Source: Pseudomonadota bacterium
Lineage (GTDB): Bacteria; Bdellovibrionota_G; JALEGL01; DATDPG01
Assembly: GCA_043804515.1 (NCBI GenBank)
Contig: JAZDIZ010000016.1
Location: 1 to 10,018 of the forward strand
Reading direction: 5' to 3'
Length of the DNA: 10,018 nucleotides
A program made the translations under genes and the position numbers. The notes beneath the pieces are model-generated. The model saw only the letters and a program-made list of their open reading frames with translations, was not told the DNA's origin and did no database searches. Shown one piece after another: positions 1 through 7,359 of this stretch. The stretch's first letter is position 1, and every line of letters starts with the position of its first letter.

Positions 1-191
1 ACCCATTTTCTGAGCCGCCATAGGCGCGGTTGAAAATCGGTCACTAGACCGAATTCCGAAGCGTCCGCACCTTTTCCCATTACTTCATTTAAGGACCCTG
101 AGATCTGCCTAGGACGAAAATTGATGCTCAAGCGCCTCGGATGCTAGCCCTCAGTGCGCCCGCGCTAATTGGTGTGGTGTCCCCCGATTCC
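1..191. mobile_element. Copy 1 of a ~197-bp TIR-bounded non-autonomous (MITE/REP-like) element, left end truncated by the window
   Basis: Aligns without gaps to 7372-7561 (offset 7371), 144/190 identical by manual count; right terminal repeat AATTGGTGTGGTGTCCCCC at 167-185. Confidence 0.75.
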
Positions 192-229
192 CTCGATTCC
201 CTTCAAACGGGACCTCTCCCGCCCTCAAC

Positions 230-919
230 TCAAGCTACCTTGATCACTTCGCTTCCGAGCCAACAAAGCCTCGCATATCTTCCCTTATCCGCGGAGCGCT
301 CGATCAAGCCGGAACGCTCAAAATCTCTGATCACCGAGATAAGGCCTGCAGGCGCAACGTGAAGTTCTCGTGACAATTGGCGTAAGGAGGCCTCACCGAT
401 CTCCGGAAATCGAGCAAGGAGATCACTGCGCAGGGTAGCTCCATAGAGAGCGCGGTATCGAAGGATGATTGATCGACCGTAAACAGTTACGGGAGGAAGG
501 AGGGTCTTCTCTCGGATCACCGGGTGATTCCGAACGATAAAGCCGTGTCGCAAAAAATGGGGCTCGGGTTCCAGAACTGCCCATTTCTTTTGGGCTTCAT
601 AGGCATTTCGATAAAGGGACTCCGCGTCTCCCCGAAAGGGTCGTCCGATCATTCTTCCTAATTTCGGGTCGCTCGGCTTGGCCAGGTCCAGGAGGGCCGA
701 GAACACTCTGCGCGCTCTCTTGGAGCGGAATTTCAGCTTCTTGCTGATGAGAAGGTGACCGTAGCCCTTCAGCCAGGTCGCCATGGCACCCAAGACGCGC
801 CCTTCGGTCTCATAGCGCTCCAGGCTCTCCGCAATCAGCACTTCGGGATCTTCAAAGGGATTCCTCCGGCCTGACACATGGATCCCCAGGGAGCCCCAGC
901 GTTCCAGAAGGCTAGTCAC
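230..919 (-). CDS. Hypothetical protein with C-terminal winged-HTH; putative antitoxin/regulator partner of the upstream nucleotidyltransferase
   Basis: 229-aa ORF; GTG start overlaps the upstream stop by 8 nt; C-terminal SLRQLSRELHVAPAGLISVIRDFERSGLIER fits a wHTH pattern. Confidence 0.65.
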   Translation of the reverse strand: MTSLLERWGSLGIHVSGRRNPFEDPEVLIAESLERYETEGRVLGAMATWLKGYGHLLISKKLKFRSKRARRVFSALLDLAKPSDPKLGRMIGRPFRGDAESLYRNAYEAQKKWAVLEPEPHFLRHGFIVRNHPVIREKTLLPPVTVYGRSIILRYRALYGATLRSDLLARFPEIGEASLRQLSRELHVAPAGLISVIRDFERSGLIERSADKGRYARLCWLGSEVIKVA

Positions 920-1451
920 GCCGAAGGTCCTTCTCGAGTTCCTTTACAAACTCATCCACGATCCTCTTCCAGCCGGGGTTGGCGGGGTACTTGTGAGCCC
1001 AGGCTCGTGCTATTTCTAGCTCCTTCTTGGACGGCTTTATGGCCAAAAGGTCTTCCCGATCGTCAAATCGTTCGATGGCCGCAACCAACTTGAGACCTAA
1101 GAGGTCTCGTCGGCCCAGAACCCACACCTTTAGGAAATGACCCTTTGAGAACAGGGCTGCCCGCTCTTTCCAACCCTTCGCCAGGAGCTTCTCAAGATGC
1201 GCCGGTCTTGTATTGATCCAGTCGAGCGGGATCCCGTTCCTTTTTGCGATTGCCTGAATGGCCTCCAAAGCCTCTTCAGGAAAAGCCTGTGGCGAGATGA
1301 CGTCCACATCGTCGGTTCCCCGTTCGATGAACCCGTGAGCCACCAAACCGGCCCCGCCCACAACAAAGATTTCTAAGGGGTGCTCAAGCCTGGCATCCAG
1401 TTCCTTCACGAGACCCAAGAATGTCTCTTTTGAATCAATTACTCGTTTCAT
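912..1451 (-). CDS. Pol-beta superfamily nucleotidyltransferase (DUF6036/AbiEii-like), putative type IV TA toxin
   Basis: 179 aa; IFVVGGAGL...RGTDDVDV (GG + DxD NTase signature) and late LKLVA...REDL motif typical of AbiEii/DUF6036-like proteins. Confidence 0.8.
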   Translation of the reverse strand: MKRVIDSKETFLGLVKELDARLEHPLEIFVVGGAGLVAHGFIERGTDDVDVISPQAFPEEALEAIQAIAKRNGIPLDWINTRPAHLEKLLAKGWKERAALFSKGHFLKVWVLGRRDLLGLKLVAAIERFDDREDLLAIKPSKKELEIARAWAHKYPANPGWKRIVDEFVKELEKDLRRD

Positions 1452-1458
1452 TGTTCAT

Positions 1459-1488
1459 ATTATATGTACATTATGCGTCCGGATGCAA
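1459..1488 (-). promoter_or_regulatory. Sigma70-type promoter, probably giving a leaderless mRNA for the NTase operon
   Basis: Minus strand reads TTGCAT-N18-TATAAT-N7-ATG(1451); no Shine-Dalgarno; palindrome ATGTACAT (1464-1471) and near-palindrome GCGTCCGGATGC overlap the spacer. Confidence 0.65.
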
Positions 1489-1572
1489 GAAGACCGAGAG
1501 ATGCCTCTGTAGCGGAGAAAAGCTTTCGAACCCCCTGTCTATATTCGAGATGGCGGTTCTTGAGGCACTTTC

Positions 1573-1592
1573 TGCGGAACATTTGCGGAACA
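1573..1592 (+). repeat. Direct repeat TGCGGAACA x2 (11-bp period), possible integrase arm-type sites
   Basis: TGCGGAACA at 1573-1581 and 1584-1592, about 120 bp from the tRNA-like att core; function is inferred. Confidence 0.45.
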
Positions 1593-1708
1593 GGCCGACC
1601 GAAACGGAACGAACTCCAACGAAATTCCCCGAACTCGTTTGATGGTCAACCGTTTGAGTTGATTGATTTCCCGTGTGAAGCCGGGGTGTTACGGAAGGGT
1701 CTTTTGTT

Positions 1709-1725
1709 TCCCTCTCTCTCCGCCA
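1709..1725 (+). other. tRNA-Ser-like 3'-end fragment; candidate att core (attR) of a tRNA-integrated element
   Basis: TCCCTCTCTCTCCGCCA matches the common tRNA-Ser 3' end (GTTCGAA)TCCCTCTCTCTCCGCCA including CCA; no tRNA body upstream. Confidence 0.55.
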
Positions 1726-1748
1726 GCCCATTCCTTGGGCTGGCGGAG
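1718..1748. other. Perfect 13-bp hairpin that includes the tRNA-like CCA end
   Basis: CTCCGCCAGCCCA-TTCCT-TGGGCTGGCGGAG; no clear U-tract on either strand, so not called a terminator. Confidence 0.7.
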
Positions 1749-1767
1749 CTATCAATAAATACAAGGC

Positions 1768-2210
1768 CGAGCTGCCGAGGCCGAGTCTCCCTAGAGAGGG
1801 ATTCGACAACCGGAAGCCGCGTTCGGCTCTTCGCAGGAGATCCGAACCCCGTCCTCGGGTGGCGGCTGAGGTCGGGCCGGAGGCGAATTTCACGGTGTGA
1901 AATTCGACCGGAGGGAATCCCGAGGATGATTTAATTTCAACGCGAGCTGGTGCAGCGGCTGCTCTTTGAAGAGGGATTCGACCGCCGGAGGCTGCCGGGC
2001 ACCCGGATCAGGGTGGCAGCCGAGGCGGGGCCCGTAGGCAAAATTCGCAGGGCGAATTTTGACCGAAGGAGAATCCCGAACATGATCCACCGTCGTGGCG
2101 AGCCGGCGAGCATTTGCTCCCTATAGAGGGATGCGGCGACTTCGTCGCCAGCGTTGTAAGGAGCGCCCCTCGCACCCGGGTGCGCCGGGCCGCTCTTTCA
2201 TCAGGATGAT
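1768..2210 (+). ncRNA. Tandem array of structured non-coding units (U1 1768-1930, U2 1943-2086, divergent U3 2099-2210); family not recognised
   Basis: Units start CGAGC, share AGAGGGAT and end ATGAT. U1/U2 share the closing stem GGGATTC/GAATCCC and covarying stems AGCCGC/GCGGCT vs GGCTGC/GCAGCC and GAATTTCAC/GTGAAATTC vs AAAATTCGC/GCGAATTTT. GA-rich internal loops favour the plus strand. Confidence 0.55.
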
Positions 2211-2217
2211 GGATAGG

Positions 2218-2251
2218 AAATTGGTACGTGTCCCCAATTCTCCCAGTTCTC
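2218..2251 (+). repeat. TGTCCCC-core site with a 9-bp tandem duplication
   Basis: AAATTGGTACGTGTCCCCAATTCTC, then CCAGTTCTC repeating CCAATTCTC with one mismatch. Confidence 0.7.
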
Positions 2252-2430
2252 CGTCGAAGATCGCTTCTGGAAGCGTCTGACAACAAGTCTCTGGCGCAGC
2301 GATCTACCAGGCTACCAAGAACGGAGATTGGGCAAACTACTGCGCCCTGCCGACCCCCCAACCTGATGAATTCATTCGTGCTTCTTTGGCCGCGGTACGG
2401 TCAGGTACCTCGATCAGCGACGTTCCTACC

Positions 2431-3534
2431 CTATCCCCCGGCTTCCGCTAGAATCTCCTGGATCTGGGCTCTGTTGCACGGCTCGAAATTGTCACCGGAA
2501 TTCCAGAGCGGATATTCTTCCGGCAGGGGCGTGTACATGGCGGTCGCAATGTGGCGCATCCGAGCTGTCGCGTCGTCCCATCGGTGAGCTTGGGCAATGA
2601 CCGCCAAATCATCGGACCGGGTTCTGATTCTTTCGATCCAACGATCCAGGTGCCCCGTTGCCGCCAGAAAATCCCGCTTCTTGGAATTGCACTTCCTGTC
2701 CGCGACCACCAAATTCGCGAGGCCGTCGTCGGGGTACCGGGCCCAGGGTATGAAATGATCCACCGCCGTATCCGATCGGGCGATCGTTTCCCGGCAGTAG
2801 AAGCACCTCCCCTCCTGAAGTTCCCGGAGGTCCGGAAGCAGGGCGGACGTGGGCACGCGGCTCTTTCCGAACAGAAATTCCTCCAGATTTTGGACCTCCC
2901 GAAGATTCTCATTCCAACCGACGATTGCCGAGGTCCACTGACGATGGATGAGGGGACGCAACAAGGGGCCCAGAGAAGGCAGATATGTCCGTGCGGGCTT
3001 CGTGAATTGAAGAACTCTCGAAATCTTTCCCCGCTGAAGATCGGCTTTCGTTGCTCCCTCCAGCCACCCGTACGTATAGAGAAACCTGTATTCGGATTTC
3101 CCAACCCGCTGCAGACGCGGAATCGGCATTTCGATGAGCTTCCACTCCACAAACTCCTGAAGCCGAGCATATGCGTTTTCATTGATCGCTTCCGCAGCCC
3201 AATAGGGAAGGTAGGCGTCCGGGGCCCAGCGCGTACGGAATGCGGTCACCTTTCTGAGAATCTCCGCCTGCCCTTTTGAGTTCTGCCTCAGAACGCTCCT
3301 GCCTTCGAATGGCAAGGCCTGGGGCCAATAGAGCGCCAAGACTTTTCGTGCAATCGCGGCCGTCGAAATGGTCTCCGGAGCCTCACCGGACGACCGGCAT
3401 TGCTCGATCATGACGTCTATGATGGCAAGAAGCAGGGAGTACTTATACGTGGCAGTGCGACGCCCCTCTTGCAGCACTTGAAGCACCTGCTCGAGGAAGG
3501 CCTGAAGCCCCCGTTCGCGCTCCACAGAGTTCAC
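2431..3534 (-). CDS. HNH endonuclease with long N-terminal domain (restriction/defence-like)
   Basis: CFYC...VDHFIPW...NLVVADRKCNSKK HNH motif; N-terminal TATYKYSLLLAI motif. Start placed at GTG 3534 (GTGA overlap with the HIT stop); the ORF is open to 3564. Confidence 0.85.
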   Translation of the reverse strand: MNSVERERGLQAFLEQVLQVLQEGRRTATYKYSLLLAIIDVMIEQCRSSGEAPETISTAAIARKVLALYWPQALPFEGRSVLRQNSKGQAEILRKVTAFRTRWAPDAYLPYWAAEAINENAYARLQEFVEWKLIEMPIPRLQRVGKSEYRFLYTYGWLEGATKADLQRGKISRVLQFTKPARTYLPSLGPLLRPLIHRQWTSAIVGWNENLREVQNLEEFLFGKSRVPTSALLPDLRELQEGRCFYCRETIARSDTAVDHFIPWARYPDDGLANLVVADRKCNSKKRDFLAATGHLDRWIERIRTRSDDLAVIAQAHRWDDATARMRHIATAMYTPLPEEYPLWNSGDNFEPCNRAQIQEILAEAGG

Positions 3535-3917
3535 CAATATCGCGCCTTCTCGGGCAGAATCCATCTCACGCCGCCCCGGGGGTCTTCCTTGTCACCTTTG
3601 AATCGGGGGATGAGATGCACATGGGCGTGGGCTACTGTTTGCCCGGCAGCCTTCCCGACGTTAATGCCGACATTATAGGCCGCCGGCCGATGTTCTTTCT
3701 CCACTTCTATGCGCACGAGCGGCAGAAGCGCCCAGATGGCCGCCTGTTCCTCCTTGGACAATGCGAAAAAATCCGCCTCATGCCGATGCGGGATGATTAA
3801 CGCGTGCCCGGGACTAATGGGATACGAGTCCCAGAGAGCCGCGGCCAGATCGTTGCCGACAAAGAAGCCGTTCGACGCGAGGCGATCACAGAAAGCGCAT
3901 GAGGAGGGTGTCACCAC
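3531..3917 (-). CDS. HIT family nucleotide hydrolase
   Basis: N-terminal CAFC, SPGHALIIP, and GQTVAHAHVHLIPR histidine triad. Confidence 0.92.
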   Translation of the reverse strand: MVTPSSCAFCDRLASNGFFVGNDLAAALWDSYPISPGHALIIPHRHEADFFALSKEEQAAIWALLPLVRIEVEKEHRPAAYNVGINVGKAAGQTVAHAHVHLIPRFKGDKEDPRGGVRWILPEKARYW

Positions 3918-3960
3918 TCAGCTTGATCTACCCCAAACGGGCTCCAATCGGAATTGAATT

Positions 3961-4000
3961 GGGGGGCGGGACCGTCCGGTAACCGGACGCCCCGCCCCCC
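3961..4000 (-). terminator. GC-rich hairpin downstream of the lipoprotein gene, probable terminator
   Basis: GGGGGGCGGG..CGTCCGGT / ACCGGACG.CCCGCCCCCC inverted repeat 11 nt past the 4012 stop; weak U-tract (AATTCAATT on minus). Confidence 0.55.
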
Positions 4001-4011
4001 TTGTCAGCACT

Positions 4012-4791
4012 TCAACTGCTCAGCGACAGTGTTGCGATGATTTCGTCGCCGGCATCCAGAACGAAGTCGTTGTCCGTGTCAAAGACGAGCGTCACCTCCT
4101 CGGGCGACCTCGTATAAACGAAATACAACGACGCGAGGATCCCCGACCGGCCCACAGTGTAGCTAAGCCGCTGCCACATTCCGTCCGAGGACGGCGGAAC
4201 GATCATCGTGATGCTGTTGCCGTCGGTATCCGTGTCGGAGACGCCATCCGTATAGAGCATGGTGAAGCCACCGGTCACCAGGGCGCTTCCGTCACTGAAT
4301 TTCACCAATTGCCCGCCGATGAAGTAGCAATCCTGTCCGGCAAACGCGGTGCAGAGGTCCTCCGGATACAGTGCGATCAGGACGTTCGCCGTGATCGACA
4401 CGCCGGCTTCACCTCTCAGGATCGTAACGGAATGCGTGGCCGAGGAGTTTCCGTCCGCCACGTTCAGATCGTAGTTCCCTTCCGTCAGCGTCGTTGGAAG
4501 GTTTGCCGTGATCTTGGTCGACGAGTCGAGCGAGTACGGCAGGGCGAAGTTCGACCCCGACGATTTGAGTGACACGTCCATCCCCGACGTGAAATTCTTT
4601 CCTACAACGATCAGGCTATCGCGGAACGTGCCGGTTCCCGACCCGTTTCCGAGAACCGAGTCAATTTGGATTGCGGTGGTCGATGCCCCTTGCTGCGTGG
4701 ACGTCGAGCCTCCCCCGCCGCAACCTGCGACTGCCAAAAGTGCACACGCTAAAATACATCCACATATCGTTTTCTTTCCGGTCTGTTTCAT
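4012..4791 (-). CDS. Lipoprotein with IPT/TIG (Ig-like) domain
   Basis: Basic N-terminus, hydrophobic stretch, lipobox VAG-C, G/S/T linker, IDSV...VGKNF...TKITANLP...GNYDLNV pattern; RBS GGGAGG. Confidence 0.75.
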   Translation of the reverse strand: MKQTGKKTICGCILACALLAVAGCGGGGSTSTQQGASTTAIQIDSVLGNGSGTGTFRDSLIVVGKNFTSGMDVSLKSSGSNFALPYSLDSSTKITANLPTTLTEGNYDLNVADGNSSATHSVTILRGEAGVSITANVLIALYPEDLCTAFAGQDCYFIGGQLVKFSDGSALVTGGFTMLYTDGVSDTDTDGNSITMIVPPSSDGMWQRLSYTVGRSGILASLYFVYTRSPEEVTLVFDTDNDFVLDAGDEIIATLSLSS

Positions 4792-4936
4792 ACGCTGCCT
4801 CCCGTGCGCGCATGTTGGTTAAAGGATCCGTTGTTGAGACGGACTCTTCCCCTCATGTTTCGGGTCATGCCTACCCGCAGCGAGTGACAGATAAGGTCAA
4901 TGGCCTTGGGATTTTATTCGTGCCCGGAAAGGCCCT

Positions 4937-6034
4937 TCAGTTGTACTGGCCGGCCGCGTCCGAGAGGCGACGGGCGACGGCCTCACGAAGCTCCCTGGGC
5001 GCGAGAACCTTGGCCTCCGCGCCAAAGGAGAGGACCCAGCGTTCCACACCCACCAGGCCGCTGGTCTGCATCTTCAGAAGAACGGCTCCGTCCTTCTGCG
5101 CCTCCAGTTTCTGCGTCCTGTGGAAGGTTCGCTCCCGAATCAATGGCGCAATCGCCTTCGAGAAGAGAATGGCCACGTTCTTAGCGTGTCTCTGTGCCAA
5201 GCTTTTAGGCGTTTCGGTTTTGGCGTCTTCCATCTCTTCCCAGAACGCCGTCTGGACGGGCGGAGCCCCCTCTTCGGTGCCGTCGGGCACCAGCACAGCG
5301 TCCGAGTGAACGCCGAACGCGTTATCCACATAGTCCTGAACCGAAAAACCTTCCGCCATTGTGAACGGCCGGTCGGTCACTTCGATCTCCTGGATCCGCT
5401 GCAGGGCGAATGTCCGGATGTCCTTGCGAAGGTGGCAGTAGCCTATGAGATAGATCCCGCCGTCGTGGAATCGAAGAGAATACGGGTCGATCTTTCTCCG
5501 GGTTTTCTTGTTCCTGTAGAGGGCGAAGTAAACGCACTTGACCGTCTTTTTCTGGAGGATCGCCTGGTTGAGCGTCTGGACGACGTCCGCAAGAGGCCCG
5601 TAATCCACAACAGGCACCGGGGCGTCGGCTACGAGGTTTCGGACCTCGCTTAGAAACGCGGCGCTCTTGGGTGGGAGGACCGCTTCGATTTTCCGGTAGA
5701 GTTCTTCAATAGCCTCGAAGAACGGCGTGCCGGCATAGGCCTTCATCGCGCTGTAGGCGATGTGGAGGGCCATGAGTTCCGAAGGAAGAAATGGAATCTG
5801 CACGGCTTGATCTTTGGTCCGAAGAACCGACCAACGGGCGGCTTCGCCGTTCTCGGCGACGCTATCCACGAGCGGAAAGCCGGCGTACTGCAGATCCAGA
5901 ACGTCGCGCCGAATCGTCCGGGAGTGGGCCTTCTCGTTCTCAGCGAGTGTCGCGATCGTAATTCCATTCGCCCCCGCCGCCTCGATTCGCCGCAGGATCC
6001 GCCACTGTCTGGATATCTGTTCACCCCTGGCCAT
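4937..6034 (-). CDS. HTH-WYL-WCX transcriptional regulator (PafBC/DriD-like architecture)
   Basis: N-terminal HTH (TIATLAE...RTIRRDVLDL), WYL core RKIDPYSL...IYLIGYCHLRKDIRTFALQRI, C-terminal WVLSFGAEAKVLAPRELR; start overlaps the upstream stop (TGATG). Confidence 0.92.
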   Translation of the reverse strand: MARGEQISRQWRILRRIEAAGANGITIATLAENEKAHSRTIRRDVLDLQYAGFPLVDSVAENGEAARWSVLRTKDQAVQIPFLPSELMALHIAYSAMKAYAGTPFFEAIEELYRKIEAVLPPKSAAFLSEVRNLVADAPVPVVDYGPLADVVQTLNQAILQKKTVKCVYFALYRNKKTRRKIDPYSLRFHDGGIYLIGYCHLRKDIRTFALQRIQEIEVTDRPFTMAEGFSVQDYVDNAFGVHSDAVLVPDGTEEGAPPVQTAFWEEMEDAKTETPKSLAQRHAKNVAILFSKAIAPLIRERTFHRTQKLEAQKDGAVLLKMQTSGLVGVERWVLSFGAEAKVLAPRELREAVARRLSDAAGQYN

Positions 6035-7284
6035 CAGTCGTCCTCTCCCCTTTCTTCCTTTTCCTTCCGTTTGCTGGCCGTGATCCTCACGGACTCTTCG
6101 GATTTTAAAAATTCGGTCAACTTCGCCTGCAGGTCGCCGGACGAAAGAGCCCGTTCCAGGGCCCGGAAATCAACAGCCGAGAATTGCCCCAGCAGCCCCA
6201 GGTCATGGAGTCGTTGTCTGATCAACTCCCGCGCTTGCGCGTCTTCGCTTGATGGAAGTTTGAGTTTGTTCTCTATTGCTATCTTTAGGGCGTGCGTGGT
6301 CCCTACGATTCGCTCGAAATTGCCCGCTTTCGCGAAGTCGACGATCGGGGTGCGAAGCTCGTCCTTTTCGCGTTTTGCCTCCTGCTCCCGAGTCTGGGCT
6401 GCCACGTATCGATCCACCAGTTTCACACCGTCGTCACAGGAGACGTCAGCGCCCGTCTTTTCGAGCTCCGCAATTTGTACCTCGTGTTTCTTCGCGGGGC
6501 AGAGATCGTAGTAGGCGCAATAGTTGCAGAGAAACGACTCTCTGGTTTCGAAGGTCTTAGTCGCCTCGATCTCGTCAATAAGCCCAACCGTTTCTTTCTT
6601 AACCGTGTCAAGAGCCTCGCTTGATCGCGTCGAAACGATCGTCTGATTGAATACAACATAGTGCCAAACCAGGCGCATGCGATCGACGATTTGTGGGAAC
6701 GTTTGACGGACGCCGATTTCGTAGAAGGCGAGCTGACGATCCTGGTCCACATCGTCCTGAGATGGAAGGCTGTTGCTTGTCTTGTAATCATGGATTTCCA
6801 CGGTTCCGTCCGGTGTTTTTGCCAGGCGGTCGATGAATCCGGTCAGCAGGTATTCCCCGGCACCATCGAGAGTGATTGAGATCCTTCGTTCAATCCCCAG
6901 CGTTTGGTCCTGGTTGAACGGATAAAACGAACGGTAATAGTCGCTGACGGCTTTCAGGCCACGATTTTTAAAATCCTCGGCTCCATATTCCGGCTTTACG
7001 ATCTTGATCTCCGGGGTCCATTCCGCATCCCAGCTTTTGGAAAAGAGGCTCAGAAGCTCGTCCTTGCCCGGAATCCCGCACATTTGGACATCGCCGTAGA
7101 GCTTCTCCATCACGGCGTGGAAACGTGTTCCCAGGAAATTCTCGACCGTAGTCAACCTTCTCTTCGGTCCCGTAATGTACTGAAACTCATATTGTTTCGG
7201 ACAATTCTTAAAAACGCCCAGGCGGCTGTGGGAATAGACCGGCCGACGAGGGCGCGAGGTCTGTGGAGTCGTTTCGTTGATCAA
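6034..7284 (-). CDS. PD-(D/E)XK RecB/AddB-like nuclease with 4-Cys Fe-S staple
   Basis: YSHSRL...CPKQY, GTRFH, IE..., GFIDRL, DYKT, QLAFY, CNYCAYYDLC. Start placed at TTG 7284 (GAGG RBS upstream); the listed extension to 7398 runs into the repeat element. Confidence 0.88.
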   Translation of the reverse strand: MINETTPQTSRPRRPVYSHSRLGVFKNCPKQYEFQYITGPKRRLTTVENFLGTRFHAVMEKLYGDVQMCGIPGKDELLSLFSKSWDAEWTPEIKIVKPEYGAEDFKNRGLKAVSDYYRSFYPFNQDQTLGIERRISITLDGAGEYLLTGFIDRLAKTPDGTVEIHDYKTSNSLPSQDDVDQDRQLAFYEIGVRQTFPQIVDRMRLVWHYVVFNQTIVSTRSSEALDTVKKETVGLIDEIEATKTFETRESFLCNYCAYYDLCPAKKHEVQIAELEKTGADVSCDDGVKLVDRYVAAQTREQEAKREKDELRTPIVDFAKAGNFERIVGTTHALKIAIENKLKLPSSEDAQARELIRQRLHDLGLLGQFSAVDFRALERALSSGDLQAKLTEFLKSEESVRITASKRKEKEERGEDD

Positions 7285-7359
7285 TGGAACATCCTCTGTC
7301 TCGGAATCCACGTACACCACACCGCAGGAAAGGTTTAGGAGAAAACAAGGGGATATCGG

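Noticed and set aside
1768..2210. T-box, glycine, FMN or c-di-GMP riboswitch, or TIGR array, as identity of the structured units
   Set aside because: Only short partial resemblances (GGGTGGC, ACCGAAGGAG, GTGAAATTC, GGCAAA); most are not shared by both units, no plus-strand gene follows, and the unit length is far above TIGR repeats.
1421..2361. ORFs across the 1.45-2.4 kb intergenic region
   Set aside because: Arg/Pro/Ser-rich translations with no motifs or RBS; the region is better explained by the att-like site and structured repeats.
6034..7284. Calling the nuclease cas4 or addB
   Set aside because: It shares the Fe-S/RecB motifs but is about twice Cas4 length, much shorter than AddB, and has no cas1/cas2 or addA neighbour.
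2448..7338. Long overlapping alternative-frame or antisense ORFs (e.g. 2448-3182, 2551-3279, 4671-5309, 5762-6511, 6904-7338)
   Set aside because: Shadow ORFs of well-supported genes in GC-rich DNA, with no recognisable domains.
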